From: Octopus sinensis
Taxonomy: Eukaryota
Direction: 5' to 3'
NCBI RefSeq assembly: GCF_006345805.1
Contig: NC_043018.1
Span: 1,550,001-1,614,000 of the forward strand
DNA length: 64,000 bases
Position numbers and translations under genes: made by a program. Of the stretch, positions 1-12,761 are shown in pieces. The notes below the pieces were generated by a model. The model searched no databases. It was not told where the DNA came from and saw only the letters and a program-made list of their open reading frames with translations. Numbering within the stretch: the stretch's first letter is position 1; every line of letters begins with the position of its first letter.

Positions 1-384
1 TAGGTATGTGTATGTGTGCGTGTATACTGCTTGCTTACCATTGCGAGTTTTAAACGTACTTGAATATTTAAGATTGGATTGATTGCTAAACAAATTTTAT
101 TTTGTGTATGTGTGTGTACTGGTGAGTGCTGGTGCGCGTGTTTCTTCTTGACTGTGTTCGTGTATATATGTGTATACTGTATATATGAGTATTTCTATTA
201 ATATGTATATGTCTATATTAGTGTATTTATGTGAATGAAAGGAAAAAGCACGTCTGTATGTTATCTTAAAATGAATATTTAAGGGTATGTCTCTCTAGCT
301 TTCTACATGTAATTCGCACCACTGTTCCTCCCAATCTCTCGCTGTACATCTCTCTCTCTCTCTCTCTCTCCCACTCACTTCTCC

Positions 385-423
<39 letters not shown>

Positions 424-846
424 ATTTCTCTCTCTCTCTCTGTATATATATATTTATATAAAATCAAGTCTCCAATTTTTCACCAAAAAGGAGAATAATT
501 TTTTTATAAATATGTTAAAAAACGCCTACATTGCTAGAAATAAGAGCTACAACTCTCTAATTCTGTAGTACACGCACATGAGTGAAAACATACAATGACA
601 GGAACGATAATTTTCGGAAAAATTGCCGATGGAAAAAGTCTTATTACTGACGTCAGTCTCACCAACTTCCGCTGCTTCGTCAGTTAATCCCGCTCTTTTT
701 TTCATCTTTATCCTGACAGGTTTCGCTAATACTATTTGTTTTCTTCATTCAAGTTATTGGATGATTTAGCGATTCGCTAATATAAACACCAGTTTGTAAT
801 GTTTCACCGAAAGGAGAATTATAATTTAGTGACAATTGTGTGTGTG

Positions 847-918
<72 letters not shown>

Positions 919-1077
919 TGTATGTAGTATGTATGTATGTATGTATGTATGTATGAGAGAGTGAACAAGTGTTGCATGTATTATTTAAAATAATTTGGTT
1001 CCTGCCATCCGTTGGGTACCTGAGAAACATGAAGTAAGAGGAAAGTAAATCAAACGGCTTTAAACAATGTATATATG

Positions 1078-1166
<89 letters not shown>

Positions 1167-1857
1167 ATATGAAAGTTTATGATGATTACTTAATACGGTG
1201 TTTGAAGTGTAGAAGTGATTCTTTGTAATTACTTTTAAAAATGTTATAAAATCTTTATGAAGATGTTACTAACCTTTTGGGGGAATAGTTTTTTCTCGTG
1301 TGTGATCGCTTTCGTTAAACCTCTTCAAACACAAGTGCCTCTTAAAGAAGAAGTTGTTATTTTGCGGTGGTGGTAGTATTATTTCCGGTGTATTTTCGGA
1401 CTTCTTATTTTTGTCATAAATATTCTTTCACCAATGTTTATTATATGGAGTGTTAACTGTTTTCGGTTTAATTTCGGATTTAAAATTCTTATAATGTATT
1501 TTTCTTTTACCTTTCATCTTGTATTTTGTAAAATGGAAATATTCTAAATTTTCCATTTGTACAGATATATAGATGTTCACTAAATGTGACATCCCTGAGA
1601 GATGATTCCCTAATCTTGTGTTAATGCACATTTATGAGTTATATATATATATACATATATTACATACAGCTGCATGAACATTTAATCTGGTTTTAGAGTC
1701 AAGTTTTGGCAGCATTTTGCCAGCGAGATGGTATCTCTTAGAAACACTAAGTTATAATTTTAATAAGAATTATTACCTTTGAAAGTTTTTATTCCCATGC
1801 TGACCACCTGATAAGATCGGTATTTAAATAACGATCTTATCCTTATATATATATAAA

Positions 1858-1950
1858 TACGAGGGTATGTTGAAAAGTTCCTGGGTTTAGGCATATCGTG
1901 AAAGGCCTGGGTGGAGAACCAAACTTCCGAGTGCGTTTACAGGTCTTAGA
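1858..1950 (+). mobile_element. Tc1/mariner-like terminus fragment
   Basis: TA followed by CGAGGGTATGTTGAAAAGTTCC, a mariner-type TIR start similar to the reverse complement of the end at 4288; no partner end identified. Confidence 0.35.
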
Positions 1951-1978
1951 ATAGCTTAGAAACATATAGAAAGCAACG

Positions 1979-2196
1979 CGACCATCGGTCACTGATTTGC
2001 AGCAAGCAAAGTAGCTAGTTAGAAAATCTCAGTACGAGATGAAAGAAGTAATAAATACTATAAAACCGTAGTAACATCGAACAGTCATACTGATCAAGAG
2101 ATTAACATTATTTGTCAGTATAGTTACCATTTTCATCTCGTATGGATATTTACTAACTAGCTACTATACTTGTAGCAAATCAGTGACCGATTGTCG
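1979..2196. repeat. Foldback inverted repeat (about 66-bp arms)
   Basis: 1979-2044 (CGACCATCGGTCACTGATTTGC...CGAGATGAAA) is the imperfect reverse complement of 2131-2196. Confidence 0.85.
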
Positions 2197-2236
2197 CTTT
2201 ATTTTCGATATATTGTGAGCTCTAGCGGACACCTGC

Positions 2237-2332
2237 TACTGCTATAGCGGGGCTTCACGACTCGAGATGCACATGTAACCTGCAACCGAGTCGTTCATTA
2301 GATCCCGTCGTCTGCTGGAGGATGGTAGGTGT
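2237..2332 (-). ncRNA. Degenerate type I hammerhead-like motif
   Basis: Minus strand: CTAATGA, then ACGACTCG/CGAGTCGT 8-bp stem, then GAAG, near-palindromic GCTATAGC, then GTA. Two core positions deviate from CTGANGA/GAAA. Confidence 0.35.
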
Positions 2333-2451
2333 TTCCCATGCCTTCTAGGAAAATATACATGATGCAGGGTCCACCTATAACCACCTAGCGGAAAATATGC
2401 AACGGGGTTAAAACAACATTAACATGGATCATGCATATTAGTATATATAGA

Positions 2452-2488
<37 letters not shown>

Positions 2489-2556
2489 TACATATATATG
2501 TGTGTGTATATATATATATATGTGTGTAGGTGTTTGTATGTATGTATGTAGGTATG

Positions 2557-2624
<68 letters not shown>

Positions 2625-2641
2625 GATATATATATATATAC

Positions 2642-2792
2642 TTTATTTAAAGCAGCAGAAAATTCAACAAAACCTGTACTCTGAGTTTCCTGTTGCCGTT
2701 CATCGGACATTCTAGCAAAAAACTGTCCGATGAATGGCAACGGGAAACTCAGAGTAACAGGTTTTGTTGAATTTTCTGCTGCTTTAAATAAA
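2642..2792. mobile_element. Foldback element in (TA)n with hammerhead-like motifs on both arms (Penelope-like non-autonomous remnant)
   Basis: Arms 2642-2709 and 2724-2792 are near-perfect reverse complements. Plus arm reads CTGT-CCGATGA-A-TG-GCAA-CG-G-GAAA-CTCAGAG-TA-ACAG. Flanked by (TA)n on both sides. Confidence 0.6.
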
Positions 2793-2872
2793 CCATATTA
2801 CTCTACCACTGTTATTTGAGTACTCTTTTTTCCACCTTGCTTCACATTCATGTGTTTACTCCGGTATATTAT

Positions 2873-2915
<43 letters not shown>

Positions 2916-2939
2916 TTTTATATATATATAAGTTTCTCA

Positions 2940-3500
2940 TGAGTACCCTTTTATATATGAATGTATTTTATATATCTATATATATTTATTAAATTTACCT
3001 ATACGGCTTCTACTTTTTTTTGTTTCAATGCTGCGTGGACACTCAAACGAAAACCGGCATGGTAGCAGTGAATATCAGTGACTGTTACTAGCAGATCTGA
3101 CGGAAGAGAATCGAGTGCCTTTGCCCTAGATTCGAAATTATTTTATCAGATTATCCGCCATTCTTTCTGCAACTTTTGCGAAGGTAAGATACGATTCTAA
3201 TTCGCTTATTTTTTCCTGCCATGCCGGTACTAATTTAATGATTCTTCTGTGGTGTCGGAGTTTTAGGCGTCCTATCTTTAGCAAAGCAGGTGCTTATTAG
3301 CACCCTCTTATATATCAATATAGTTTATATTTTATATTTTGTATATATCTATTAATTTTGCCTATACGGTTTTTACGCTTTCGATCACTCACATTACTAT
3401 TTTTATGGATAATAATATATATATACACACATGCACCTGCTTTGATGAAGATAGCAGTCCTGCAGAGGTAAGATACAGATGTTACTTAATTTTTCCTACC
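2940..3500. repeat. Internally rearranged repeat with direct and inverted segments
   Basis: ...CCTATACGG recurs near 3000 and 3365; AGGTAAGATAC near 3182 and 3467; inverted pair 3272-3293 / 3433-3454; weak CTGACGGA...GAATC/GATTC-GAAA motif at 3097-3137. Confidence 0.45.
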
Positions 3501-3614
3501 ATACATGTATAATGTTCTTTTATATATTTATACATATATACACATATATATATATTTATATCTGTGTGTGCGTATGTGTGTGTGTGTACCATTGCTATTA
3601 TGTTAAACTGTCGT

Positions 3615-4287
3615 ATGTCCAGTGAAGGCGCATGGCTCAGTGATTTTGCGTTAAACTTGAAAAGTCTAATAAAGAGACATTGAGTGTTCATCGGAAAGTT
3701 TACGGCGACGTGGATATCAGCCGTACACAATGTTTCGAATGTCACGGGCGCTTTAAAAAACATGACAGAGCCGCAGCTCAAACAAGAGAATGCTCATCGT
3801 TATTTTCGACATACCTGACATCTCCCAGATCCAGAACGTCAATTGAGAGTTCTTGAAGTGTTTGACGGAGGGCAGGCGATGAATGCGAAGATAGAGCAGG
3901 AAGAATTGGATTCATCACGACACAAATACACCCTCCCACAGAGGTTTCCTCACTCGTGAGCTTCTCGCCAAAATCAATATGGTATCTGTTGCTTAAACGC
4001 CATATTCGCCAGATTTAATCCTTGCGGATTTCCACCTCTTTCCCGTGATGAAAATGCAAATCTAAGGTTTCAACACCGTTGTCGACATCATGAGCAAATC
4101 ACTGAAGGCTCTCGATCCGCTTGCAGTAAACGACTTTCAGACTTTATTCCAAAAGTGCCAGGAATACTGGGATTGGGTTATTGCTGCGGAATTTAACTAT
4201 TTCGAAGGAGATGACGACTAAACATAAGTAAATAAATTACTCTGTATTAAACTTAACTAGTCCACGAAAATTTTGATAATACCTCGT

Positions 4288-4288
<1 letters not shown>
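3615..4288 (+). pseudogene. Decayed mariner transposase plus 3' TIR
   Basis: Frameshifted pieces FCVKLEKSNKET, KRMLIVIFD, PYSP(D)L..DFHLFP, DFQTLFQKCQEYWDWVIAAEFNYFEGD; ends CCTCG-TA. Confidence 0.8.
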
Positions 4289-4370
<82 letters not shown>

Positions 4371-4399
4371 GGTGTGTGTGTGTGTTTGGTATGTGCGAC

Positions 4400-4560
4400 T
4401 GGGTTCTTTCAGTTTGGGTGTCCCAAATCCAGGCACAAGGTTTTGATCGGCCCAAGATATGGTAGAGGGCCTGTTTGAAATCGGTACGCAGTTGGACTGA
4501 ACCCGGAACCATTTCATTAGGGAGCCACCTGCTTCTCGACACAGACACGGCTGCGCTGCG
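4400..4560 (-). mobile_element. SINE family C, degraded 5' head
   Basis: Degenerate match to the 5' part of the copies at 26230, 50406 and 52538 (GGACTGAACCCGGAACCAT). Confidence 0.6.
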
Positions 4561-4562
4561 CC

Positions 4563-4606
<44 letters not shown>

Positions 4607-4643
4607 TAATTATATATATATATATATATGCATATATGTATGC

Positions 4644-4674
<31 letters not shown>

Positions 4675-4800
4675 GTATGGATATATATATATTATATATA
4701 TATATATAATATATACTATATATATTAATTATATATATACATATATATATATATACATATATACATATATATAATATATACATATATATATATGTATATA

Positions 4801-4880
<80 letters not shown>

Positions 4881-5506
4881 GTGTGTGTGTATGGATGGAT
4901 TTTTGTGTGTGACTATGATTTGTCTCTGTGAAGGAAGGCAAGTAGTTTCAAATAAAAACTGTAGTATAAATAAAATAATTGAATGAAAAAATGACACACG
5001 CTAACATTTGAAGTTGTGTTTAAATTAATTATCAAATATGATGAATCTTTTATAGCTGAAGTTTGGCACAATGAAAGCAAGTTGAAGAAGAAAACACAAT
5101 ATTTGATAGCTTGGCTGTCATTTTAATCAGTTTTAATAATGAATAATGGGCTTTCAGACTTAGTTTCTTTGCACCGTTCAAGTTGAGAGGCAGCAGGCAA
5201 ATCATAAGCCCATACAAAATTTAAGAAAGGAAAAAGACGTTGCGCTTATTTTATAATTTCTCTTTATCGTTTCATTTGTATTTTCTTTCTGAAAATGTCA
5301 TTTTATTTTGATTTTTATATCTGTTATTCCGGTATTGCGAAAAGATTAAATAAGTTTGTATAACTACGTACATACATATATACATACATACATGCATGTA
5401 TACACACATATATTATATATATATATACATATATATATACATGTAGATATAAATACATATACAAATATACACCTACGTATATACATGTACATATTTATAC
5501 CTATAA

Positions 5507-5538
<32 letters not shown>

Positions 5539-5577
5539 CATAATAATTTTCAGACATATACACACAGACAGATGGAT

Positions 5578-5621
<44 letters not shown>

Positions 5622-5717
5622 TTACATGTATATTTAACACCTACACTAAATTTAAGCATATATATATATATATAGGTAGATAGATAGTTAGAGAGATAGA
5701 TACATACATATACATAC

Positions 5718-5748
<31 letters not shown>

Positions 5749-6352
5749 CATACATACATACATTTATACGTAGTGGGTGACATTAAAACATTCGGACAGA
5801 TAGACGACATAAAGACGGAAAAGAGAAACAACAATTATAAGGACAGGCAAAACAGTCAAGTTCCAAAAGTCACGACCATTTGGGGCAATTACACTTGAGA
5901 TGGTTCAATCCGGCTTCCCCCACACTTACATACACATACATATATTTAAATTATATACACACACACATACACACACGTGCACGCTTGCGCGCGCACACAC
6001 GCGGGTTCTCTCTCTGTCACAGGCACACGCATATATCACGCAACACAGACAGGACGACAACCCAAAGAATTGTGCCTTGAAATCTTTCTGGTTTGTATAT
6101 ATCCTTACAATTTAACAACTAAACTCTCAACCATCTGTATTTTCAGTAACCAAGACTTATGGAGACGTCCCTTTTCTTGAGGTCTCTGTGATGGAAGAAG
6201 TGAGGGTGACTATCCGCTCGATATGAACCTCCCCATCAGTCGCTCCTCATCTGAAATTCCATTGCATATGCCCGATGGGGGGCCCGATGCAAATTTCCTG
6301 TTATTTACGCTGCGCATTTCAAAAGAGAAGATTCATGCAAATCCTACCTTAA

Positions 6353-6529
6353 CCCCTTACCCGGCAGAAACGAATATATGCGTTTTGACCTAAATCGTTT
6401 TTTTCTATCTCTGGCGAGTCAACTCGTCAAAAGATAGACTCGCCAAAATCGACAATTAAAAAATAAAACAATTAAAAGATATGTCTGAAAAAAATACATT
6501 TATTTTCAAAATAATTGTTGGGTAAGGGG
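6353..6529. mobile_element. piggyBac-type MITE
   Basis: TTAA at 6349-6352 and 6530-6533 flank 10-bp TIRs CCCCTTACCC / GGGTAAGGGG. Confidence 0.8.
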
Positions 6530-6751
6530 TTAATTTTACCATACTACAAGTAATAATAAATTGAAATTTCGCATTTCGTCATAAATGTTTTTCTAAAAAT
6601 GACTCAGAATTCTCTTCCTACGACAAAGCAATTAAAAAGATCCTTTGGTTGAAACACGAATTATTTACTCTATCTCTCAATTTCTTAACACCGAGTGTCT
6701 CCTGATTTATCTAGTATACAGTCGTGGTAGTAGAGAATGAAGTCTATATTA

Positions 6752-6892
6752 TAAGGTTGTCCCAAAAGTTCGTAGAAAGTCTTGGAAAATAATGGTCTTT
6801 ATTTTGAGGAATAATTTTTGTTGTTTTTGTTAGTACTTGGCGAGTAAAAATTCAATTTTCGCAAGTGTTTACGAACTTTTGGGACAACCTAA
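6752..6892. mobile_element. 141-bp mariner-type MITE (copy 1)
   Basis: TA TSD; TIR (T/A)AGGTTGTCCCAAAAGTTCGTA; near-identical copy at 48836-48976. Confidence 0.9.
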
Positions 6893-7169
6893 TATATTAC
6901 GATAATATAACCATGCCACCCGCTATCGACCAACCTATGTAACATGCGCGCGCATACACACATGCGCTGTAGGGACCACACTTTCACAAACGAAGTATTT
7001 TTAAAAGAAAGTGACTTAAACTTACATTCAATTAATTAGTTAATGCATCGAGTCCACATACACTCAGCGTAGTTGGTCTAGACATGTTACAATACACCAT
7101 ATAGTTTTAAACTAAATTTCATTAGTACATTCAGTCAGTAATTAATTGGTGCTATATACACGTTCATTT

Positions 7170-7562
7170 GATGAATGGAAGCACTCCGTCGGTTACGACG
7201 ACGAGGGTTCCGGTTGATCCGAATCAACGGAACAGCCTGCTCGTGAAATTAACGTGTAAGTGGCTGAGCACTCCACAGACACGTGTACCCTTAACGTAGT
7301 TCTCGGGGATATACAGCGTGACACAGAGAGTGACAAGGCCGGCCCCTTGAAATACAGGTACAACAGAAACAGGAAGTAAGAGTGAGAGAAAGTTGTGGTG
7401 AAAGAGTACAGCAGGCATCACCACCATCCCCTGCCGGAGCCTCGTGGAACTTTTTTAGGTGTTTTCGCTCAATAAACACTCACAACGCCCGGTCTGGGAA
7501 TCGAAACCGCGATCCTATGACCACGAGTCCGCTGCCCTAACCACTGGGCCATTGCACCTCCA
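7170..7562 (-). mobile_element. tRNA-derived SINE family A, tail type 1
   Basis: A-box TGGCCCAGTGG and B-box GGTTTCGATTCC on the minus strand; 12-bp TSD ACACGTTCATTT at 7158-7169 and 7563-7574. Confidence 0.93.
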
Positions 7563-7592
7563 ACACGTTCATTTAATATGCCTTTCAAATAA

Positions 7593-7992
7593 GGCGGCGA
7601 GCTGGCAGAATCGCTAGCCATGCCGGGCGAACTGCTTATCGGTACTTCGTCTTTCTTTAAGTTCCGTGTTCAGATAACGCCGAGGTCAACTTTGCCTTTC
7701 ATTTTTTCGGGGTCTATTAAATGAGTACCAGTTATGCACTGGGTCGATATAATCGAATTAATCCGTTTGTCTGTCCTTGTTTGTCCTCTCTGTGTTTAGT
7801 CCCTTGTGCGTAGTAAAGAAATAGGTATTTCGTTTGTCTTTACTTTCTGACTTCAAACTCCGCCGAGGTCAACTTCGCCTTTCATTCTCTCGGCGTCGAT
7901 AAATTAAGTACCAGTTGCGTACTGGTTCGATCTAATCGGGTGTCCCTCTCACCCATAATTTTGGGCCTTGTGCTTGGAGTAGAAAGCAATAT
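7593..7992 (+). mobile_element. SINE family B dimer (B1 monomer fused to a 5'-truncated B2 monomer)
   Basis: GGCGGCGAGCTGGCAGAA head; two copies of the GGTCAACTTTGCCTTTCAT...AAGTACCAG core; junction AAAGAAATAG|GTATTTCG at 7824/7825. Confidence 0.85.
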
Positions 7993-8134
7993 CCCTTTCA
8001 AATTCTGACACAAGGCCAACAATTTCGGGAAGAGGATAAGTCGATTACATCAAACAATTATATCTGTCAGCTCACCCCTCATTAGCATAAATGACATTAC
8101 GAAACCTCGTATGCATACATCTCACTATACAAAT

Positions 8135-8545
8135 TTTATTTAAGCTGAAAACGCTCGACCTTTATTCTCTAGAAAAACGCCGTCGCCGTGGTGAACTCAT
8201 TCTCGCTCACAACATCATAAGCGGAAAGTGTAACCTCACGAAAGAGCTGTTCTTCACTCCTGCTCCAGAGCGTCGGCTTCGGGGTCATTCCGAAAAGCTC
8301 TACCTGCGACGATTTCCTCTCAATCGAAGGAGAGGAGTTTTCTCCGTCCGGGTTGCGGATCCGTGGAACAAGCTGCCAGACGAGATGGTGAAGATGCCGA
8401 CGACCGCTTTGTTCAAAGTCTCCCTTGACCTCAAGTGGCCTGAACTCTTTACATGAACACCACCCGGTACTTAACTCCATGTCCCCCTACATGGCCTTGC
8501 TTTTTGCTTTTGAGCCAAAAAATTAACTAACTAACTAACTAACTT
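8135..8545 (+). pseudogene. 5'-truncated CR1-group LINE 3' end
   Basis: LDLYSLEKRRRRGELI...RLRGHSEKL...FSVRVADPWNKLP...FKVSLD matches the C-terminal CR1-type ORF2 pattern; followed by a short 3' UTR and (AACT)n tail. Confidence 0.85.
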
Positions 8546-9254
8546 ACAGCATATTTTTTTTTAATATTAGTATAAATGAGATCCAGTATGAAACGTATTA
8601 AATGGTTCAAACACTAGAATATGCACATTTGCAAAATCCTCAAAATAATTCAACTTTGAATCAAAGGATCACGAACATAAACCAGACGATCCAACGTTAA
8701 GTCATTCTTGTCAGTAAATATAGGGTTTCATTTGTTACTTTTCACTACAGACCTTCCTTCTTAATTAGGCAAAACCATTATTTGTATGATAATTTCAAAC
8801 AAATTAGTTCAATTTTATTGTCTTTGAACATTACTATTTCCTGATTAGAAAATGTGTTTAATCTATTTCCATTAAAAATTAAATACATAATACAGTTTAT
8901 TATAGACATACGAAATGTCAGCGTTTATATTCGCCCGAAAATTAGGTTGAAATGGTGTCTCTTACGTTAGAGCTAGCGCTGATCTGTACGATAAGAGTGT
9001 ATGAGGATATAAATATAAAACTGAATAATTTGGCGGTCGTCAGTACGACAAATACGCACGTATAAATAGACGCCCACGAACAAAAACGAACGGAAGCACA
9101 CACACAAACACATACATACATACATACACACACGCTCAACAACACACAAACATATACATATATTTATATAAGCATATATGTAAGATTAAGTATATACATA
9201 TATATCTATACTAACACATATATGAAGATTTATATATATATATATATATAGTAA

Positions 9255-9360
9255 TACTAAGCAATAAAGGGTTTAGCAACGAATTGCCTTACCACATACC
9301 GAATTTAGAAATAGCAGTCAAAGGGTTATAGCTATTTCTTCTACTAAAAAGGGAGATCTC
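9255..9360 (+). repeat. Fragment of the repeat also present at 13190-13300 (inverted)
   Basis: ACCACATACCGAAT...TTAGAAATAGCAG...AAAGG...CTATTTCTT matches the reverse complement of 13200-13290; embedded in (TA)n. Confidence 0.7.
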
Positions 9361-9366
9361 AGTAAA

Positions 9367-9407
<41 letters not shown>

Positions 9408-9657
9408 TATATGTAAAGAAGGTACAGGTTTACGCACACACAAATGTATACATATGGATATATATAAACACAGAGAAAAATAGACACATAACGAAACATA
9501 CTAAAACAAATTATGCAGTCGTGTTTACGTATGCATACGTAGAGTTATACAGACTTACAGGTGTGTGTGTATATGTGTGTGTGTACAAATATATGCATAT
9601 ATGTATGCATGCATATATTTATATATATATATATATACACAAATATATATATATACA

Positions 9658-9692
<35 letters not shown>

Positions 9693-9794
9693 GTATGTAT
9701 GTACGTATATGCATATGTTTACATATATTCCTGTGTATATCCATATATCCATATATATATATATGTATATACATATATATATACATATACATAC

Positions 9795-9834
<40 letters not shown>

Positions 9835-10526
9835 GTAAAAATATATATACACATGCTGGGTGTGTATGTTCACAATAAGCCCATAGTAATACAAGCTCAT
9901 CTCATTCATCTGGTTCGTCTATTACGATGCATCTTGTTTTCCTTCTTTCTTATATATTTATCGACATACCGAAAGAATGAAGCATTGAAAGCCAATGAGT
10001 ACAGGAAGATTCTTTCATTTCGTCTGTCTCGAATTAGATTACCGTTTTCAAAGAACTGTAGTATTTACAATAGGGTTATTTAAGTAAGTTGTTTGAACTG
10101 TTTTAGTGAGGTAAACTTTGTATTTAATCTCATTTGTAACTTGAGAATAGTACGAGGAAGATTATGTGTGTATACGTATGTATGTATGTATGTATGTATG
10201 TATGTATGTATGTATGGATGGATGGATGGATGGATGGATGGATGGGGGGATGGGGGTGGATGGATGGGTATATGTATGTATGTATATATGTATACATACA
10301 CACACATGTATAAATATATATCATATATATGTAAGCATGCATGCCTGTATAAATATATATATAGAGAGAGAGATATGTATAATATATATAATGTATAATA
10401 TGTATAATATACATAGATACAAGGATAGATAGATAGATAGGGAGAAAGAGAGAGATAGAAAACTAGACAGATAGAAAGATAGATAGATGTATAGATAGAT
10501 AGATAGATAGATAGATAGATTGATAT

Positions 10527-10582
<56 letters not shown>

Positions 10583-10885
10583 ATACACACATACATATGC
10601 TTATATTTATATAAATATATATAGTATAATATATATATATATATATAATATGTAAACGCATATATATTTTTATATATGTATATGTTTTTTACACATGTAC
10701 CATAACCTCACCATACATACGCTTAACGAAATAATATATACGTGTATATAGGAATGTAGCCGTACGTGTGTGTGTAATCATATGTGTGTGTGTAATTTGC
10801 AGTTATGTGAATCTATGTGTTTATATCATCCATGTTTTCATATGAATGTGTGCATGTAGGTATACATATTGTAAGCATATAACCC

Positions 10886-11270
10886 GTGGAGGCGCAATGG
10901 CCCAGTGGTTAGGGCAGCGGACTCGTGGTCATAGGATCGCGGTTTCGATTCCCAGACCGGGCGTTGTGAGTGTTTATTGAGCGAAAACACATAAAAGCTC
11001 AATTAGCCAGCAAGGGATGGTGGTGATCCCTGCTGTACTCTTTCACCACAACTTTCTCTCACTCTTTCTTCTTGTTTCTGTTGTACCTGTATTTCAAGGG
11101 GCCGGCCTTGTCACTCTCTGTGTCACGCTGAATATCCCCGAGAACTACGTTAAGGGTGCACGTGTCTGTGGAGTGCTCAGCCACTTACACGTTAATTTCA
11201 CGAGCAGGCTGTTCCGTTGATTCGGATCAACCGGAACCCTCATCGTCGTAACCGACGGAGTGCTTCCATC
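10886..11270 (+). mobile_element. SINE family A, tail type 1
   Basis: Full head-body-tail; 10-bp TSD CATATAACCC at 10876-10885 and 11271-11280. Confidence 0.93.
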
Positions 11271-12305
11271 CATATAACCCAACTTTCTTGAATACGTGTC
11301 GATCCATTCACCATTGTAACCTTTCGTATTTCACTTTATCTGAACGAGTTAAGAAACCAGTTGGTACCCAGTGCTTGCATGTAACTACTTCCTGTACTTC
11401 TAACTCATTATCACGTTCTGTCTAATTTAAATTCCTGTTAAATTGTTTATTTCATGTCTGGCTTCTCTCGACTGGCCAAACGACTTTAACCAAGAGTCGA
11501 TTGAAATGGCTTTATTCGGCTGACCAATGGGTGTCAAAGGTCACATTAGTTAATCTGATAAAATGAACATCATTAATTAATTACTGTGCATCTATAAATA
11601 AACGTTGTTGTATTTGTTTTTCGTCTTCTCCGTTTCATTGCCCCCAGGTCATTCCTGGTTGAGCAAAATTATGATCAAACAGTCTACATGTGACTGTCCA
11701 GTCTATTTTTATATGTAATAATCTATTACACGCGCATAGACTACCAACTGTTGTTGCTGTTTTTGTAGTTTCTGCTGTTGTTGTAGTTGTCTCCGGTGAT
11801 TGATCTCAGGTCATCTCTGATCAAGCAAACCAATGATCAAAGAACAACTAGCCATGTTGATCAGCAATTTTTACTGCTTATTTATTTTTTACATTTTTGT
11901 TTTTAAATTTTATGTGTAGTATATTTTTAAAAGAAAGTAAAATTACGAATATAATTTTTAATGTAAATATATTTGAACGCGGTTTTTAGCAGCTCAAGTG
12001 GTGATGTATATTCTTCCGTCTGATACCTTAGCTGTAATGAGAGGCTACGACAAATTCTATAGCGTTCGGTTCCTTCTATACATCCTGTTCCGTGTTTAAT
12101 TCTATAACTTTCAAATCTTAACCTCTTTATTCTAATACCACTCTCAATGACGTTTTCAACCTCTCACTTACTCTCACTCCATGTATATAATTAAATATAT
12201 GTATTTATACACACACACATATATATATATATATATATTGAAAGAGAGACAGATAGAGACAGAGACAGAGACAGAGAGACAGAAATAGATACCTATATTA
12301 TACAA

Positions 12306-12342
<37 letters not shown>

Positions 12343-12761
12343 TAAATTAGAGATAAAACCACTATTAGGTAAATCAAACAATGAAAAACTTAAGCCAATA
12401 CATAAAATTAATTAATTTATATTATTTTAAATATATATCAAAAGTATTAAAAGATAATGAGTAAAACACTACGATCGTTTCATGGCTGTCCAATTCGTAA
12501 TAATTCGAGTTATGGTTACAGTCAATCTTCAGGTGATTGAAATATTTATCTTAGGAGGTTCAGCAATGAACTCATAACTGTAACCATAACTCGAATTATT
12601 ACGAATTGGACAGCCATGATCGTAGTGTTTTATTCATTATCTTTTATTAAACTTTTAATACTTTGATATATATTTAAAATAATATAAATTAATTGATTTT
12701 ATGTATTGGCTTAAGTTTTTCATTGTTTGATTTGCCTAATAGTGGTTTTATCTCTAATTTA
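12343..12761. mobile_element. Large foldback element (about 180-bp arms), Penelope-like non-autonomous remnant
   Basis: 12343-12522 is the near-perfect reverse complement of 12577-12761; 54-nt spacer; preceded by (TA)n. Confidence 0.8.
12463..12538 (-). ncRNA. Type I hammerhead ribozyme candidate with intact core
   Basis: CAC-CTGAAGA-T-[TGACTGT...ACAGCCA]-T-GAAA-CGATCG-TA|GTG; palindromic ACGATCGT stem III; GUA site. Confidence 0.6.

Noticed and set aside
10886-10960. tRNA gene calls for SINE A, B and C heads
   Set aside because: A and B boxes are present, but there is no complete acceptor stem and they continue into SINE bodies with TSDs.
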